DNA of 64,000 nt from Octopus vulgaris (Eukaryota). How positions within the stretch are numbered: the stretch's first letter is position 1; every line of letters starts with the position of its first letter. The stretch is from the NCBI GenBank assembly GCA_951406725.2, contig OX597821.1, positions 116,622,001 to 116,686,000 of the forward strand, written 5' to 3'. The translations under genes were made by a program, and so were the position numbers. Below the pieces are notes generated by a model. The model saw nothing but the letters and a program-made list of their open reading frames with translations. It searched no databases and was not told where the DNA came from. Below are positions 1 to 12,958 of the stretch, one piece after another.

Positions 1-1457
1 CATGGGGTCCTGAACTAAACTCTTCAAGGTTTGGTACCCCAGCATGACTGAAACAAGTGCAAAAGATAAACACACTCAACAATATTCCATTTTTTTTTTT
101 TTTATGATGGTGATAGAAACATGGGCGGTGGGGGTTGGGGCCAGGTAAGTAGACCAAGCTCCCTTTGTTAGGGCTGTACAGGTGGGTGTGTTAGGCATTG
201 TTAAGAAGTAGGGGAATTAGGGTGAGAGAGTGTTAATGGAAGGAGGGGAGAGGGGTGTGACAGCAACAGATTACTTAGCTCTGTGATAATGTACAGAAGT
301 TGTTAATAGTGTCTATTTTCTCTACTTCCACCCCGCCCCGACCACCTACACACCGGAAGCGGGCGGGGTGTGTGGGTATGGTGGTGGTGGTGGTGGTGGT
401 GGTGGTGGTGGTTGATGGCTGATGGTGGTTGACATATCTTACTAAACTGAAGATGACTAACCCCCAGCCTTCAGGCAACCCTAACTACAAAAGAATCAAG
501 CAGGAAAAAGGTAGTCACCTGATGGTGGCGGTGGCGGCGGCGGTGGCGGTGGTGGTGGTGGTGGTGGTGGTTTGAGGTGGGCGGGGTGGTTGAAGGCTTA
601 CTGAAGGCAACAGTTGCTAAAGAATAAAACAAAAACAATAACACCTGTGCACTGCTGTCTTTGTTCCCACCACCACAACCACGCGCACCTCCACCTCCAC
701 CTCCACCACCATCACCACCACCACCACCACCACAACCACTCTCTATGACTATCACCACCATCACTGCCACCAACCACTTTCACCACCACCACCACTACAA
801 CCACTCTCATGTCCACCACCACCTAAACTGCCACCAGTGTCACCGCCACAACCATCACCCCACACCTATGACTATCCCCACCATCACTGCCACCACCACA
901 ACCATCACTATCGCCACCACTACCACCACTACCACCACCACAAGAACAACATCAACAACAACAAACAGGACTACAACCATCACTATAACCCTCGCCATTA
1001 CTACCACCACCACCACCACCACTGGCACTCCCACCTCTACCACCACCATCCATCATCACCACCAACACTGCTTCCACCACTGAGTTGACAGGTGTAAATA
1101 GAAAAAGAAAACAACTAGACATACCATAAGCACACACAGGTATACACACGTGTGTATGTATATGTGTGTGTGTAAATGTGTATGTGTGTATGCATGTATA
1201 TCACAAATACACCAAAGAGAGAGAGAGAGAGAGAGATACCGGCTTGCACACATTCACCCCCCCCACCGTCACCCATTTACGTGCATATACACAAAACATA
1301 CGTACATACATGAGTGAATGCTTGATAAAATATCAGATCAATAAAAACACTCCCTTTTACATAATCATATCTTCAGACCCCACCTACCCCACCTACTCCA
1401 CTCCCAAATACAAAAACAACATAATTACACACACTCATACATACACACACGTGTGTG

Positions 1458-1519
<62 letters not shown>

Positions 1520-1648
1520 CACACATTGACATACACAGTACTCAAATATCTATATGCAAATATATAGTCCAGGCTCTGTTCCTGTTTCCTATCTATGAAA
1601 ATATTAGAATAGGTGTATAGCTGGTTATAAAAAAAAACATGACTCATG

Positions 1649-1703
<55 letters not shown>

Positions 1704-2844
1704 CATCATCATCATCATCGCTTAACGTCCGCTTTCCATGCTAACATGGGTTGGACGATTTGACTGAGGTCTGGCAAACCAGATGGTTGCACCAGACTCC
1801 AATCTGATCTGGCAATGTTTCTACAGCTGGATGCCCTTCCTAACACACACACACACACATACACATTTGAATTTAATGGAATATATACAACTGCTTTTAC
1901 ATTGTGCATTAAGCTTGATAACAACCCTGGCCGCCTCTTTGTTGAAGATGAAATGAAGTGTATACCATATTCGATGGCCTATAAAATGCACAATTTTTCC
2001 CCCCCAAAAAAAGAAAAAGCAACGTCTGAAAATATTACCCAAGGTCCAATATACAAAATAGGGCTTCCTGTTAGCTAGTTTTTCTTCCGAACACTCACTA
2101 CTGTAGGCTAATTGGGGTTACAGCTAACATGCCTGTGCACCTTTTATGCCATCAGACATGGTATTTCTTGGACAACGACAAACAGTTTTATTGAATCTAA
2201 TCTGTCATCTATTAAAGCACAACAGACAAGGTTTAGCGAATCTCCAGGAATATACACAGCATTTTTATCTCGAGAATGTTTTACTACATTCCATCGTATT
2301 TACCAATCATATTTACTGCATTATCATATGGCAGTCCTCATTACTTTTTGAAATTAATTTTGCAGACTCTCTTATCCTACTACCATATCTGCCATACTCC
2401 CACCATAGTAATTTTGTAACTCTGACAAAGTTAGAAAAGTAATACATCCTATATCATGTGATCATGACATCAACCAGGCTATCGGATGTTGTTATACATC
2501 GCTGATTACAATGCGCTTTGCATTGTTTTTTTAGCTTTCAAACGATGCCGCCCCGCTGACTAGGCAAGCAGATCACCATCCCTTACTCATCAAAAAATTT
2601 ATTTCAGCACAGGGTGACCCATTTACAGCTGAGTGAACTGGAGCAATGTGAAATGAAGTGTTTTGCTCAGAAACACATTGAATTTCATGGATTTTGTTGC
2701 TTTAATTGTTGATTTCAGCACAGTAACATCCATATCCATATATTTTCTAGTGTTTTTCTGGATTGAGATTCCAGACTCTGTTTTTTCAGTAGTAGAGGTA
2801 ACAGTCTGTGATTGCTTTGCACTTTACTGGCTACCTTGGATTTG

Positions 2845-3680
2845 TCGATCCTTACTTGTTACTGGGGGATCCTTACTTGTTGCTGGTGGATCCTTACATG
2901 TTACTGGGGGACCCTTACATGTTGCTGATGGATCCTTACATGTTGCTGGTGGATCCTTGCTCGTTGCTGGTGGATCCTTACTCATTGCTGGTGGATCCTT
3001 ACTCATTGCTGGTGGATCCTTACTTGTTGCTGGTGGATCTTTACTTGTGGCTGGTGGATCCTTACTTGTTGCTGGAGGATCCTTGTTGGTGCTGGGCCTT
3101 TACATGTTGCTGGTGGATCCTTACTCACTGTTGGTGGATCTTTACTAGCTGTTGGTGGATTATTACTTGTTGCTGGCAGATTTTTACTTATTGCTGATGA
3201 ATCCTTATTTGTTACTGGTAGATTCTTACTAGTGGCTGGTGGATCCTTACTTGTTGCTGGTGGATCCTTACTCATTGATGGTGGATCCTTACTAGTTGTT
3301 GGTGGACCCTTGTTGCTTGTAAATCTTTACTTGTTGGTAGATCCTTACTTGTGGCTGGTGGATTATTACTTGTTGCTGGTGGATCCTTACTCATTAATGG
3401 TGGATCCTTACTAGTTGTTGGTAGATCCTTACTTGTTGCTTGTAGATCTTTACTTGTTGGTAGATCCTTACTTGTGGCTGGTGGATTATTACTTGTTGCT
3501 GGTGGATCCTTACTCATTAATGGTGGATCCTTACTAGTTGTTGGTGGACCCTTACTTATTGCTTGTAGATCTTTACTTGTTGGTAGATCCTTACTTGTGG
3601 CTGGTGGATTATTACTTGTTACTGGTGGATCCTTGTTGGTGTTGGGTCCTTACTTGTTGCTGGTGGATCCTTATTTGTTT
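2845..3680. repeat. 21-bp minisatellite (GGTGGATCCTTACTTGTTGCT) with a 123-bp higher-order unit
   Basis: About 40 diverged units. The variant GTGGCTGGTGGATTATTACT recurs at 3351, 3474 and 3597 (period 123 = 5x21+18). Confidence 0.9.
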
Positions 3681-4308
3681 ATGTATTGATATATCAAGTG
3701 TAGGTACTTTTTGAAGTTACTCTTCAATTTGTTGCTTTATCAAACCTTTTATTAAAACTCTTAAATGTTTTCTTCATTCTAAACTTGAAAACAATGAAAA
3801 TTAATGACTGAACAATTACTTGATATCATTTAATTATCTTTTACTCTGAATTGAACCTGAAACCACAAGGTTGGAAAACAAGCCTCTCAACCACATCTGT
3901 GCCTATTACACAACACACAGACATAGATGCACATATGTGTGTGTGTGCGTGTGTTGTGTGTATGTATATAGTCTTGATTAATGTTCATACACAGTTAGGG
4001 AATCTATATACACACATGTATGTATAAATGTATATGGACATCTGAATGTGCATTTCTATTTGTGTATGAGCATATGTATGTGTGGTGTGTGTGTATGTGT
4101 GTGTGTGTGTGTGTGAAAGAAGATTATTTTTATGCACACACACACACACACACACACATATATAAATATATGTGGACCGGAATATACATTTTTATATATG
4201 TATATATATATGTGCCTTTTTTGGGATGTTTTATGCTTCTCATATAGAAATATGTGTATCTATATATATCTATGTATATATATATCTATGTATATATATA
4301 TGTATGTT

Positions 4309-4956
4309 GGTGAAGCTCGACCTTCGAACTTTAGGTCTCACCAAGGAAATGACTAGAGACCGAGACCTATGGAAGTATGCTGTGCGTGAGAAGACCCGGC
4401 AAGACTAGTGAGGCCATAACCCGTGGCCCCTACCTGGGATGTAGTCAGTCCACCTGTGCATACCGTCCTTCTTGTGACACTTGTGAAGACCTGTTGAGGC
4501 AAGTGAAAATCAAACCAAATCAAAATAGATGAACATCAAATGGAATTTGTATCTTTGTGGTACCAGTGCCGGTGGCACATAAGAAAACCATCCGAACATG
4601 GCCGTAGCCAGTACCGCATCGACTGGCCTCCGTGCTGTGGGCACGTAACAAACACCATCCAATCGTGGCCGTTCGCCAGCCTCGTCTGGCACCTGTGTCG
4701 GTGGCACATAAAAAAAACACCATCCGAGCGTGGCCGTCTGCCAGCCTCGTCTGGCACCTGTGTCGGTGGCACATAAAATCACCCACTACACTCTCGGAGT
4801 GGTTGGCGTTAGGAAGGGCATCAAGCTGTAGAAACACTGCCAGATCTGACTGGCCTGGTGCAGCCTTCGGGTTCCACAGACCCCAGTTGAACCGTCCAAC
4901 CCATGCTAGCATGGAAAGCGGACGTTAAACGATGATGATGATGATGATGATGATGA
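4309..4956 (+). mobile_element. RTE-clade LINE, 5'-truncated (ORF end, 3'UTR and (GAT)n tail)
   Basis: Encodes ...DLRTLGLTKEMTRDRDLWKYAVREKTRQD*, as in the longer copies. 3'UTR has tandem stem-loop repeats and a GAT tail. Confidence 0.9.
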
Positions 4957-4980
4957 TATATGAATATGTATAATATAGAA

Positions 4981-5037
<57 letters not shown>

Positions 5038-5079
5038 CAATAATAATTCTCTAAAAGGGATATAGACAGTAACTGCTCG

Positions 5080-5315
5080 ATAACATAAGGGACTAAAGCC
5101 ATCTGAATATGGCTAGGGACAGGGCAGGGTGGTGGGGTGTTACTGTTGCATTTAGCCCCAGGCGAACATCGACGTCACCAGAAAGGCTCGACACCGTCAC
5201 GGTGCCCGAGCCTTTCTGGTGACGTCGATGTTCGCCTGGGGCTAAATGCAACAGTAACACCCCCACCACCCTGCCCTGTCCCTAGCCATATTCAGATGGC
5301 TTTAGTCCCTTATGT

Positions 5316-5318
<3 letters not shown>
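5080..5318. repeat. Near-perfect 239-bp palindrome
   Basis: 5080-5197 is the reverse complement of 5199-5318 apart from two small differences; 1-nt centre at 5198. Confidence 0.95.
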
Positions 5319-5349
<31 letters not shown>

Positions 5350-5523
5350 CACGTGTGAGTGTGTGTATGTGTATTTGTGTGTGTGTATGTATGCATGTAT
5401 GTATATATATATATATGAATATGTATAATATAGAAAAAAAATATATATATATATACACACATACACGTGTGAGTGTGTGTATGTGTGCATGTGTATTTGT
5501 GTGTGTGTGTGTGTGTATGCATG

Positions 5524-5554
<31 letters not shown>

Positions 5555-6921
5555 CTTATTATATATATGTATATATCTGGTTGTCTGTGAATGAAAGATT
5601 TTTAATGTATGCTGGAAAACACACAAACACACACAAAAAAGATAATCACAACACACACACATAACATATTTGCATAGAGTGACCTTTATAAAATATCCAA
5701 TCTGTTTGCTTTGTTTTGTTTAGTATTTTTTTTTGTTTGGTTTTGCTTTTGTTTAACTTGATGTTATTCATTGAAAATAATAACAATCCATCAAATTATC
5801 TTCAAGTTTGTGTTCTCTCTTGGGAATTCAGTCCTGTTGACTCACCTTCTTTTTGTGTTTGTTGTAAACAGCTGTGAGTTTTGTACACTTGGGGATTCAC
5901 TCAAGTTGACTCACTGCTTCGTTCTGGCAAATATTTAGAAGTTTTGTAGATTTTGGGGGAATAAATTTTTATCTTGACTCACCTTTCCCTGTCTGTTGTG
6001 AATTTTGAGGCCCAAGTGTTTATTTCAATTTTATTCTTTATTGTAATTTTGGCTAATCTTTTCATTCTTGTAGAAAACTGTCATGAATATTACTTATTTG
6101 GTAATTCAGAGTGTAATATTAATATATAATATATTAATATATTAATATATATATTGATATATTAATATATATTAATGTATGAATACATATTAACATATTA
6201 ATATATATAGATATATTAATATATATTAATGTATGAATATATATTAACATATTAATATATATCAATATATTAATATATATTAATGTATGAATATATATTA
6301 ATATATATTAACATATTACATAAATGCATTAATATATTATGTTAATATGCTATCTTTTATCTTTTACTTGTTTCAGTCATTAGACTGCAGCCATGCTGGG
6401 GCTCTGCCTTAAAGAAGTTTTAATTGATCAAATCAACCCCATTATTATTTATTATTATTATTTTTTTTTTTTTTGAGCCTAGTACCTTTTCTATCAGCTT
6501 CTTTTGCTGAACTGCTAAGTTGAGGTGATGGAAACACACCAACACTGGTTCTCAAGCAGTAGTAGGGGACAAAACACACACACACACATAATGGTCTTCT
6601 TCTGTTAACCAAATCCACCCACAAGGCTTTGGTGAGTCTTTGGCTGTAGTGGAAGACACTTGCCAAAAATGCTATCATCATCATCATCATCGTTTAACGT
6701 CTGCTTTCCATGCTGGCATGGGTTGGACGGTTTGACTGAGGACTTGCAGGCCAGAAAGCTGCACCAGGCTCTGGGGTTTCTACAGCTGGCAAGATTTCTA
6801 CAGCTGGATGCCCTTCCAAATGCCAACCACTCTGAGAATGTAGTAGGTGCTTTTTACATTCCACCAGTATGGGAGCCTGTCAGAGGGCAGTATCTATCAA
6901 TAAATATATATTATATAAATA

Positions 6922-7307
6922 CTGTGATACCTTGCAGTATGAGTTTAATTCGTTCCATGATTGAGCTTGTCTTATGATTTACTTGTCTTACAAATCAACT
7001 TTCCCCATTGAAATTAACTAAAATATAATTACCCCATTCCGGCCCCCTGAAAACTACTCAAAAAAATTTTCTTATGGGTTTTAAAACAGAAAAGGTGTAG
7101 TTATAAGTAAAATGACAATTATGAAAAAGAGAATGCAAAAGAAACATGTAAACTGGTTTTATTAACTGAATTACCTTAAAGATGGGATGATTTGTGTGCT
7201 CGTTCTGCGGATTTCTGCTTGAACTTCAAGACAGAAATTTGTACGAGTCTTGGCTTCTACAGCAAATTGATCGTACAATGGGTCACTCATACTGTGAGGT
7301 TCTACTG
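6922..7307. mobile_element. Tigger/pogo-like non-autonomous DNA transposon (MITE)
   Basis: TA on both sides. Imperfect TIRs CTGTGATACCTTGCAGTATGAGT and ACTCATACTGTGAGGTTCTACTG. Confidence 0.65.
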
Positions 7308-8051
7308 TATTTATGTATATATAAACATCATATGTGATGTGCAGGGGAGATGACTGTGCTTGTATGGTCATGTGATGCATATGGATGAGGACAGCTGTGT
7401 AAAGAAGTGCTGAGCTCTAACTGTGGAGGGAGCCTTTAGAAGAAGTAAACCCAGGAGGACATGAGATGAGGTCGTGAAGCACGACCTTCAAATGTCAGGC
7501 CTCATGGAGGCAATGACAAGTGACTGAGACCTTTCATGATATGTTGTGCTTCAGAAGATTCATCAAGCCAAATGGAATCATATTTGTGGTCATTGCTAGT
7601 GTCGTGTAAATGGCACCCATGCTGGCGGCACACAATAAGCACCCATTACACTCTTGGAGTGGTTGGCATCCAGCTGTAGAAACCAGAGTGGAACTGAGTG
7701 CAGCCCTCTGGCTTACTAGTTCCAATCAAACCATCTAACCCATACCAGCATAGAAAGCAGATGTTAAATGATGATGTTAATGATAATGATGATGATGATG
7801 AGGAGGAGGAGGAGGAGGATATATCATCATCATTATCATCGTTTAACGTCTGCTTTCCATGCTAGCATGGGTTGGACGATTTGACAGGACGGCGAACCAG
7901 ATGGCTGCACCAGGCTCTAATCTTGATCTGGCAGAGTTTCTACAGATCAAGATTGGAACCTGGTGCAGCCATCTGGTTTGCCAGTCCTCAGTCAAATCGT
8001 CCTACCCATGCTAGTATGGAAAGCAGACATGTATATATATATTTGTATGTA

Positions 8052-8082
<31 letters not shown>

Positions 8083-8246
8083 ATGTATGTATGTGTGTGT
8101 GTGTGTGTGTGTGTGTATGCATGTATATATTATATAAATACTGTGATACCTTGCAGTATGAGTTTAATTCGTTCCATGATTGAGCTTGTCTTATGATTTA
8201 CTTGTCTTACAAATCAACTTTCCCCATTGAAATTAACTAAAATATA

Positions 8247-9897
8247 GCACCGAGTACAGTGAAGAATTCAGGGTAGAGGTTGGGGTCCACCAAGGTTCAG
8301 TCCTCAGTCCCCTCCTATTTATCATAGTCCTCCAGGCAATAACGGAGGAATTCAAGACAGGATGCTCCTGGGAGCTCCTCTATGCTGATGACCTTGCTCT
8401 AATTGCTGAGTCTCTATCAGAACTAGAGGAGAAGTTTCAGGTATGGAAACAAGGTTTAGAATCGAAGGGCCTTAGAATCAACCTAGCCAAAACCAAAGTC
8501 CTAATAAGTAGGAAGGTAGACCAATCACAAACGCCTTCAGGTAGATGGCCCTGCTCGATTTGTAGAAAAGGTGTAGGTAGAAACTCTATAAGATGCACCA
8601 AGTGTAAGCTATGGACACATAAGAGGTGCAGCAATGTCAAAGGAAGGCTAACTAGGAAGATGGTTTTTGTATGTGGCAGATGCTCAGGAACAATTAACAC
8701 TGAAAATGTTCTGAGACCAACTTCCGTCACTTTCCAGGGAGAAAAGCTAGAAGTAGTTGATAGTTTCCGTTACCTAGGTGACCAAGTCAGTAGCGGGGGT
8801 GGGTGCGTTGAAAGTATAACTGCTAGAGTAAGAATAGCCTGGGCAAAGTTTAGAGAGCTCTTACCTCTGCTGGTGACAAAAGGCCTCTCGCTCAAAGTAA
8901 AAGGCAGACTGTATGATGCATGTGTACATACAGCCATGCTACATGGTAGTGAAACTTGGGCTGTGACTGCTGAGGATTTGCGTAAGCTCACAAGAAATGA
9001 AGCTAGTATGCTCCGATGGATGTGTAACGTCAGTGTTCATAATCGACAGAGTGTAAGTACCTTGAGAGAAAAGTTGAACCTAAGAAGCATCAGTTGTTGT
9101 GTGCAAGAGAGACATATGCGCTGGTATGGTCATGTGATGAGAATGGCTGAAGATAGTTGTGTGCGAAAGTGCCACACCCTGGCAGTTGAGGGGACCTGTG
9201 GAAGAGGTAGACCCAGGAAAACCTGGGTCGAGGCGGTGAAGCACGACCTTCGAACTTTAGGTCTCACCAAGGAAATGACCAGTGACCGAGACCTTTGGAA
9301 GTATGCTGTGCGTGAGAAAACCCGGCAAGACCAGTGAGAACAGTCAAAATCAAAATCAAACCAAATTGAGGTCGATCAACATCAGGGCCCCCATGCAGGT
9401 GACACGTAAAAGCACCATCCGTTCGTAGCCGTTTGCCAGCCCTGTCTGGCCCCCGTGTCGGTGGCACGTAAAAGCACCAGCCGTTTGTGTTCGTTGCCAG
9501 CCCTGTCTGGCCCCCCCCCGTGCCGGTGACACGTAAAAGCACCATCCGTTTCGTGGCCGTTTGCCAGCTCTGTCTGGCCCCCGTGTTGGTGGCACGTAAA
9601 AACACCATCCGTTCGTGTCCGTTGCCAGCCTTGCCTGGCCCCGTGCCGGTGACACATAAAAGCACCATCCGTTCGTGGCCGTTTGCCAGCTCTGTCTGGC
9701 ACCTGTGCGGTGGCACGTAAAAAGCACCCACTACACTCACGGAGTGGTTGGCGTTAGGAAGGGCATCCAGCCGTAGAAATACTGCCAGATCTGACTGGGC
9801 CTGATGAAGCCTTCCAGCTTCACAGACCCCAGTTGAACCGTCCAACCCATGCTAGCATGGAAAACGGACGCTAAATGATGATGATGATGATGATGAT
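8247..9897 (+). mobile_element. RTE-clade LINE, 5'-truncated, RT C-terminal half
   Basis: Reading frame contains GVHQGSVLSPLLF and ELLYADDL, a Cys-rich insert (CSIC..CTKC..H..C..CGRC) and FRYLG; ORF ends at 9337. 3'UTR has about 6 tandem units and a (TGA)n tail. Confidence 0.95.
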
Positions 9898-10899
9898 GTA
9901 TGTATGTATGTGTGTGGGTATGTATGTATGTGTGTGTGTATGCATGCATGCATACATGTATGTATGTATGTATGTATGTATGTATGTATGTATGTATGTA
10001 TGTATGTATGCATGTATGAATATAGTGGATTCTCTTGTCAGCTTTGATGGATAAGGGTTGAACAGCCAGTAGACCATTAGAGCATTCACTCAGATTATTT
10101 GTTCTCAGCGATGAAGACTTCGGTCGGACCAGCTACACTTTTTTGGAAACACTGAAAGAAGGAAGTTGGTGTGAATATTTGCCATAAATTCAATGAATGA
10201 CACACAACAGATTAGATGCCTTTGCCACAGTTCAAAGGCCAACCCACCTTGGTGACCTGAATGCTCTCCTTCCTGGGAACTAAATCAGAATTTTTTAATC
10301 CTTGCAGATGTATACCATGGAATTGGATGGCCATTGACTCTTTAGAGTTCATCCATCCTTTGAAGGGTCATTTGTCATCCTACTGGGTATCCAAATCCCA
10401 TCTTTTACTCATAAAGATCTGGTGTTGTTGTCAATTTAGTCTCCAACAACCTAATCATGTAACAGGTTGTATAACATGTTGTTGTGCTAGTTTACATATT
10501 ACCAGTAGCACTCAAAAGTGACCTCACATATACACATACATATATATGATCATCATCACCATCATCATCATCATTTAATGTCCATTGTCTATGGGTTGGA
10601 TGGTTTGACCAGAGTTGGTAAGCTGGGGAGCTGCACCAGACTCCAGTCTGATTTGTCATGGCTTCTACTGCTGGATGCCCTTCCTAACGCCAACCACTTT
10701 ACAGAGTGTCCTGGGTGCTGGGTGATTTTATGTAGCACCACACATGTACTTTTATGTTTTCCACATGGGTACTTTTATGTGGTGCTACACAGGTGCTATT
10801 ACATGACACCATACAGGTGTTTTCATGTGGTACCACATGGGTGCTTTTATGTGGCATTGCCACGAGTGCTTTTCACCACCAGAGGGACTGGTCTTAACA

Positions 10900-11410
10900 C
10901 TTCTGCTGCAGAGTACAGGTCTTCATGAGTACCGCAAAGAGCCAAGCATCTTGGTTCTGCGTCCTGAAAGGTTCAGCATCCTGAAGTTGTTCTTCAGTAC
11001 TTCATTCCATGTCTTCCTGGGTCTCTCACTTCCATGTGTTCCATCTACTTTGAAAGATTGGCACTTCTTCATGGAGCTGTCACATAGCCATCTGCATCAC
11101 ATAACCAAATCAGCACAGTCTTCTTTCTTGCACACAGCATCTAATCCTTCTTATGCCTGACTTCTCTCTCAAAACACCAGCACTCTGTCAAAAATGTACA
11201 CTTACACTACACATCCAACAGAGCATACTAGCCTCATTCCTTTCTTACCTTCACATGTCCTCTGCATTCAGGGCCCACATTTCACTGCCATGTAGAATTG
11301 CTGTCCACATATATGCATCATAAAATCTTCCTTTCAATCAGAGAGAGAAACCTTTTGTGGCCAACAGAAGTAACAGCTCTCTGAATTTCCTCCACCCTAT
11401 TCTCATTCTG
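10900..11410 (-). mobile_element. Degenerate RTE LINE fragment
   Basis: Reverse complement is a diverged match to the RTE ORF end (GRPRKTW, WRKFRELLLLL). Confidence 0.7.
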
Positions 11411-11769
11411 GCTTTATTTTCAGTCAATCAATCAATCAATTGAAAAGATTGAACCATGAACACACTCAAACACATCTATGAAACAACTGTAAGCCTCTAA
11501 TAAATGAATAATGGATATAATCCATAATCCATTGTTTCTATTCTATTACTCTGTAGAAACACTCCATCTTAACTTGGTAACAGACCCATGGATTTACAAA
11601 TTTGATTGCTGATAGGTTTTGATTTCAGGTTGCCTGGGATACAAGACTGGTCACAAAACGTTTTTGTTAACCTTGTTTATTTTTATCTGGAGAGAACTTA
11701 AGAAGTATTTCCCCTGGATTACTAATCCCTTATTAATCCGTCTTTGTTTTGACATATATAAATATATAC

Positions 11770-11903
11770 TTTATTTAAAAGCAACTTCGAGTGACAGCTT
11801 TTGTTATATTTCTGCTGCTTTTAAATAAAGCATATTACTCTACCTCTGGTATTTGAGTACTCTTTTTTCCACCTTGTTTCACATTTATGTGCTTACTCCG
11901 GTA
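11770..11903 (+). mobile_element. Penelope-like terminal-repeat fragment (same family as 16108-16256)
   Basis: Reverse complement of the 16108-16230 segment; the hammerhead part is truncated. Confidence 0.6.
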
Positions 11904-12124
11904 TATAAATATATATATAGACTTGAGATTACTGACCCCAGTACATCTGCAGGCCTTCCAAAACAGTTTTTGTCAGTTCAGTTTCATTCAGAAGGCCTGG
12001 CTCCATCCAAAGCTATTGTAAAAAAACATATTTGTATAAAATGCTTTGCTGTGAAATTAAATCTGGGGCTTTGTGATTGTAAAGTAAACATGCTGACCAT
12101 TCAACCATGCTGCAACCACTAACT

Positions 12125-12380
12125 CACTGACCTGGTGTTATCTCCATTCTGCCTCTTCTACCCCTTCTAAGGGCAGTCCACCTCATTTGAACCAGCCAGC
12201 TGCATGCCACCCTCTCACTACACCCATTCAGTGCACCCATCTCTGCATTGTATTTCATTATCCAGATCTTGTACCAAATACCTTGGTCAATTATTCCTTT
12301 CAGAAGATGCACCCTTCTGGAATTTTCCCCCACCTCACCCAGGAATACAAAACAATATTCGACTGCATTGACCCCACCAG
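12125..12380 (+). mobile_element. Degenerate CR1/Jockey-like LINE 3' fragment
   Basis: One frame reads CLFYPF*...EPASCMPP...HPSLHCISLSRSCTKY...FWNF, resembling the SLFYRY..SELA..PP..HP..RT..Y..LWN C-terminus of such LINEs. Confidence 0.35.
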
Positions 12381-12662
12381 TCTGGGACATTCAACAAAAG
12401 GTTTTGAGTGTAGTTCCTGCTTCTGTGTTAAGTTATTTCAACAAAAAAGTAGGGGCTGCACTCAGAGCCTTTCGTAGTCTCATCCAGATTCGTTGGGGTG
12501 GGGGAAGAGATTAGTTCAAAGAAAAAACTAAATCAATTCAATAATGCTGGTTCATCCTTTTATTGTCTTTAAAAACTGCTTATAATGGTAAAAGAGGAGA
12601 GAAAAGCCATCAAGTAAAATGCTGATTTGGGGGATGGGTTTGAATATATCACCTCAGACATG

Positions 12663-12958
12663 TGGAGGTACATGGCCTAGTGGTTAGAGCAGCGGACTTG
12701 CGGTCCAGGGATCGCGGGTTCGAATCTCAGACCGGGCGATGTGTGTGTTTATGAGCGAATCACCTAAGCTCCACGCGGCTCCGACAGAAGGTAATGGCGA
12801 ACTTCTGCTGACTCTTTCACCACAACTTTCTCCCACTCTTTCCTCCTGCAGCTCACCTGTGACGGACTGGCATCCTGTCCAGGTGGGGAACCTATACACC
12901 AAGGAAACCGGGAAATGGCCCTTATGAGCCAGGCATGGCTCGAGAAGGAACAAACAAA
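12663..12958 (+). mobile_element. tRNA-derived SINE (family C), full length with TSD
   Basis: A box TGGCCTAGTGG and B box GGTTCGAATC. 12-bp TSD ACCTCAGACATG at 12651-12662 and 12959-12970. Related copies at 48795-49049 and about 14650-14860 (minus). Confidence 0.85.

Noticed and set aside
275-1149. Poly-Pro/His/Thr/Val ORFs (and similar at 19421-20192, 33400-34356, 40409-41098, 43382-44808)
   Set aside because: Translations of microsatellites, open in several frames, with no domain content or splice support.
9393-9730. CRISPR-like palindromic repeats and the MPPTQVPDE/MCHRHR-type ORFs
   Set aside because: Whole units repeat without unique spacers; this is RTE 3'UTR and the ORFs are antisense artefacts.
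9800-9830. CTGATGA motif as a hammerhead (also at 3194 and 48464)
   Set aside because: Variant of the RTE UTR CCTGGTGCAG or of the minisatellite unit; no properly placed stem II, GAAA and stem III.
12663-12740. Possible tRNA gene (also the heads at 50452 and 61290)
   Set aside because: Acceptor stem does not pair, and the sequence continues into a SINE body, with a TSD in this case.
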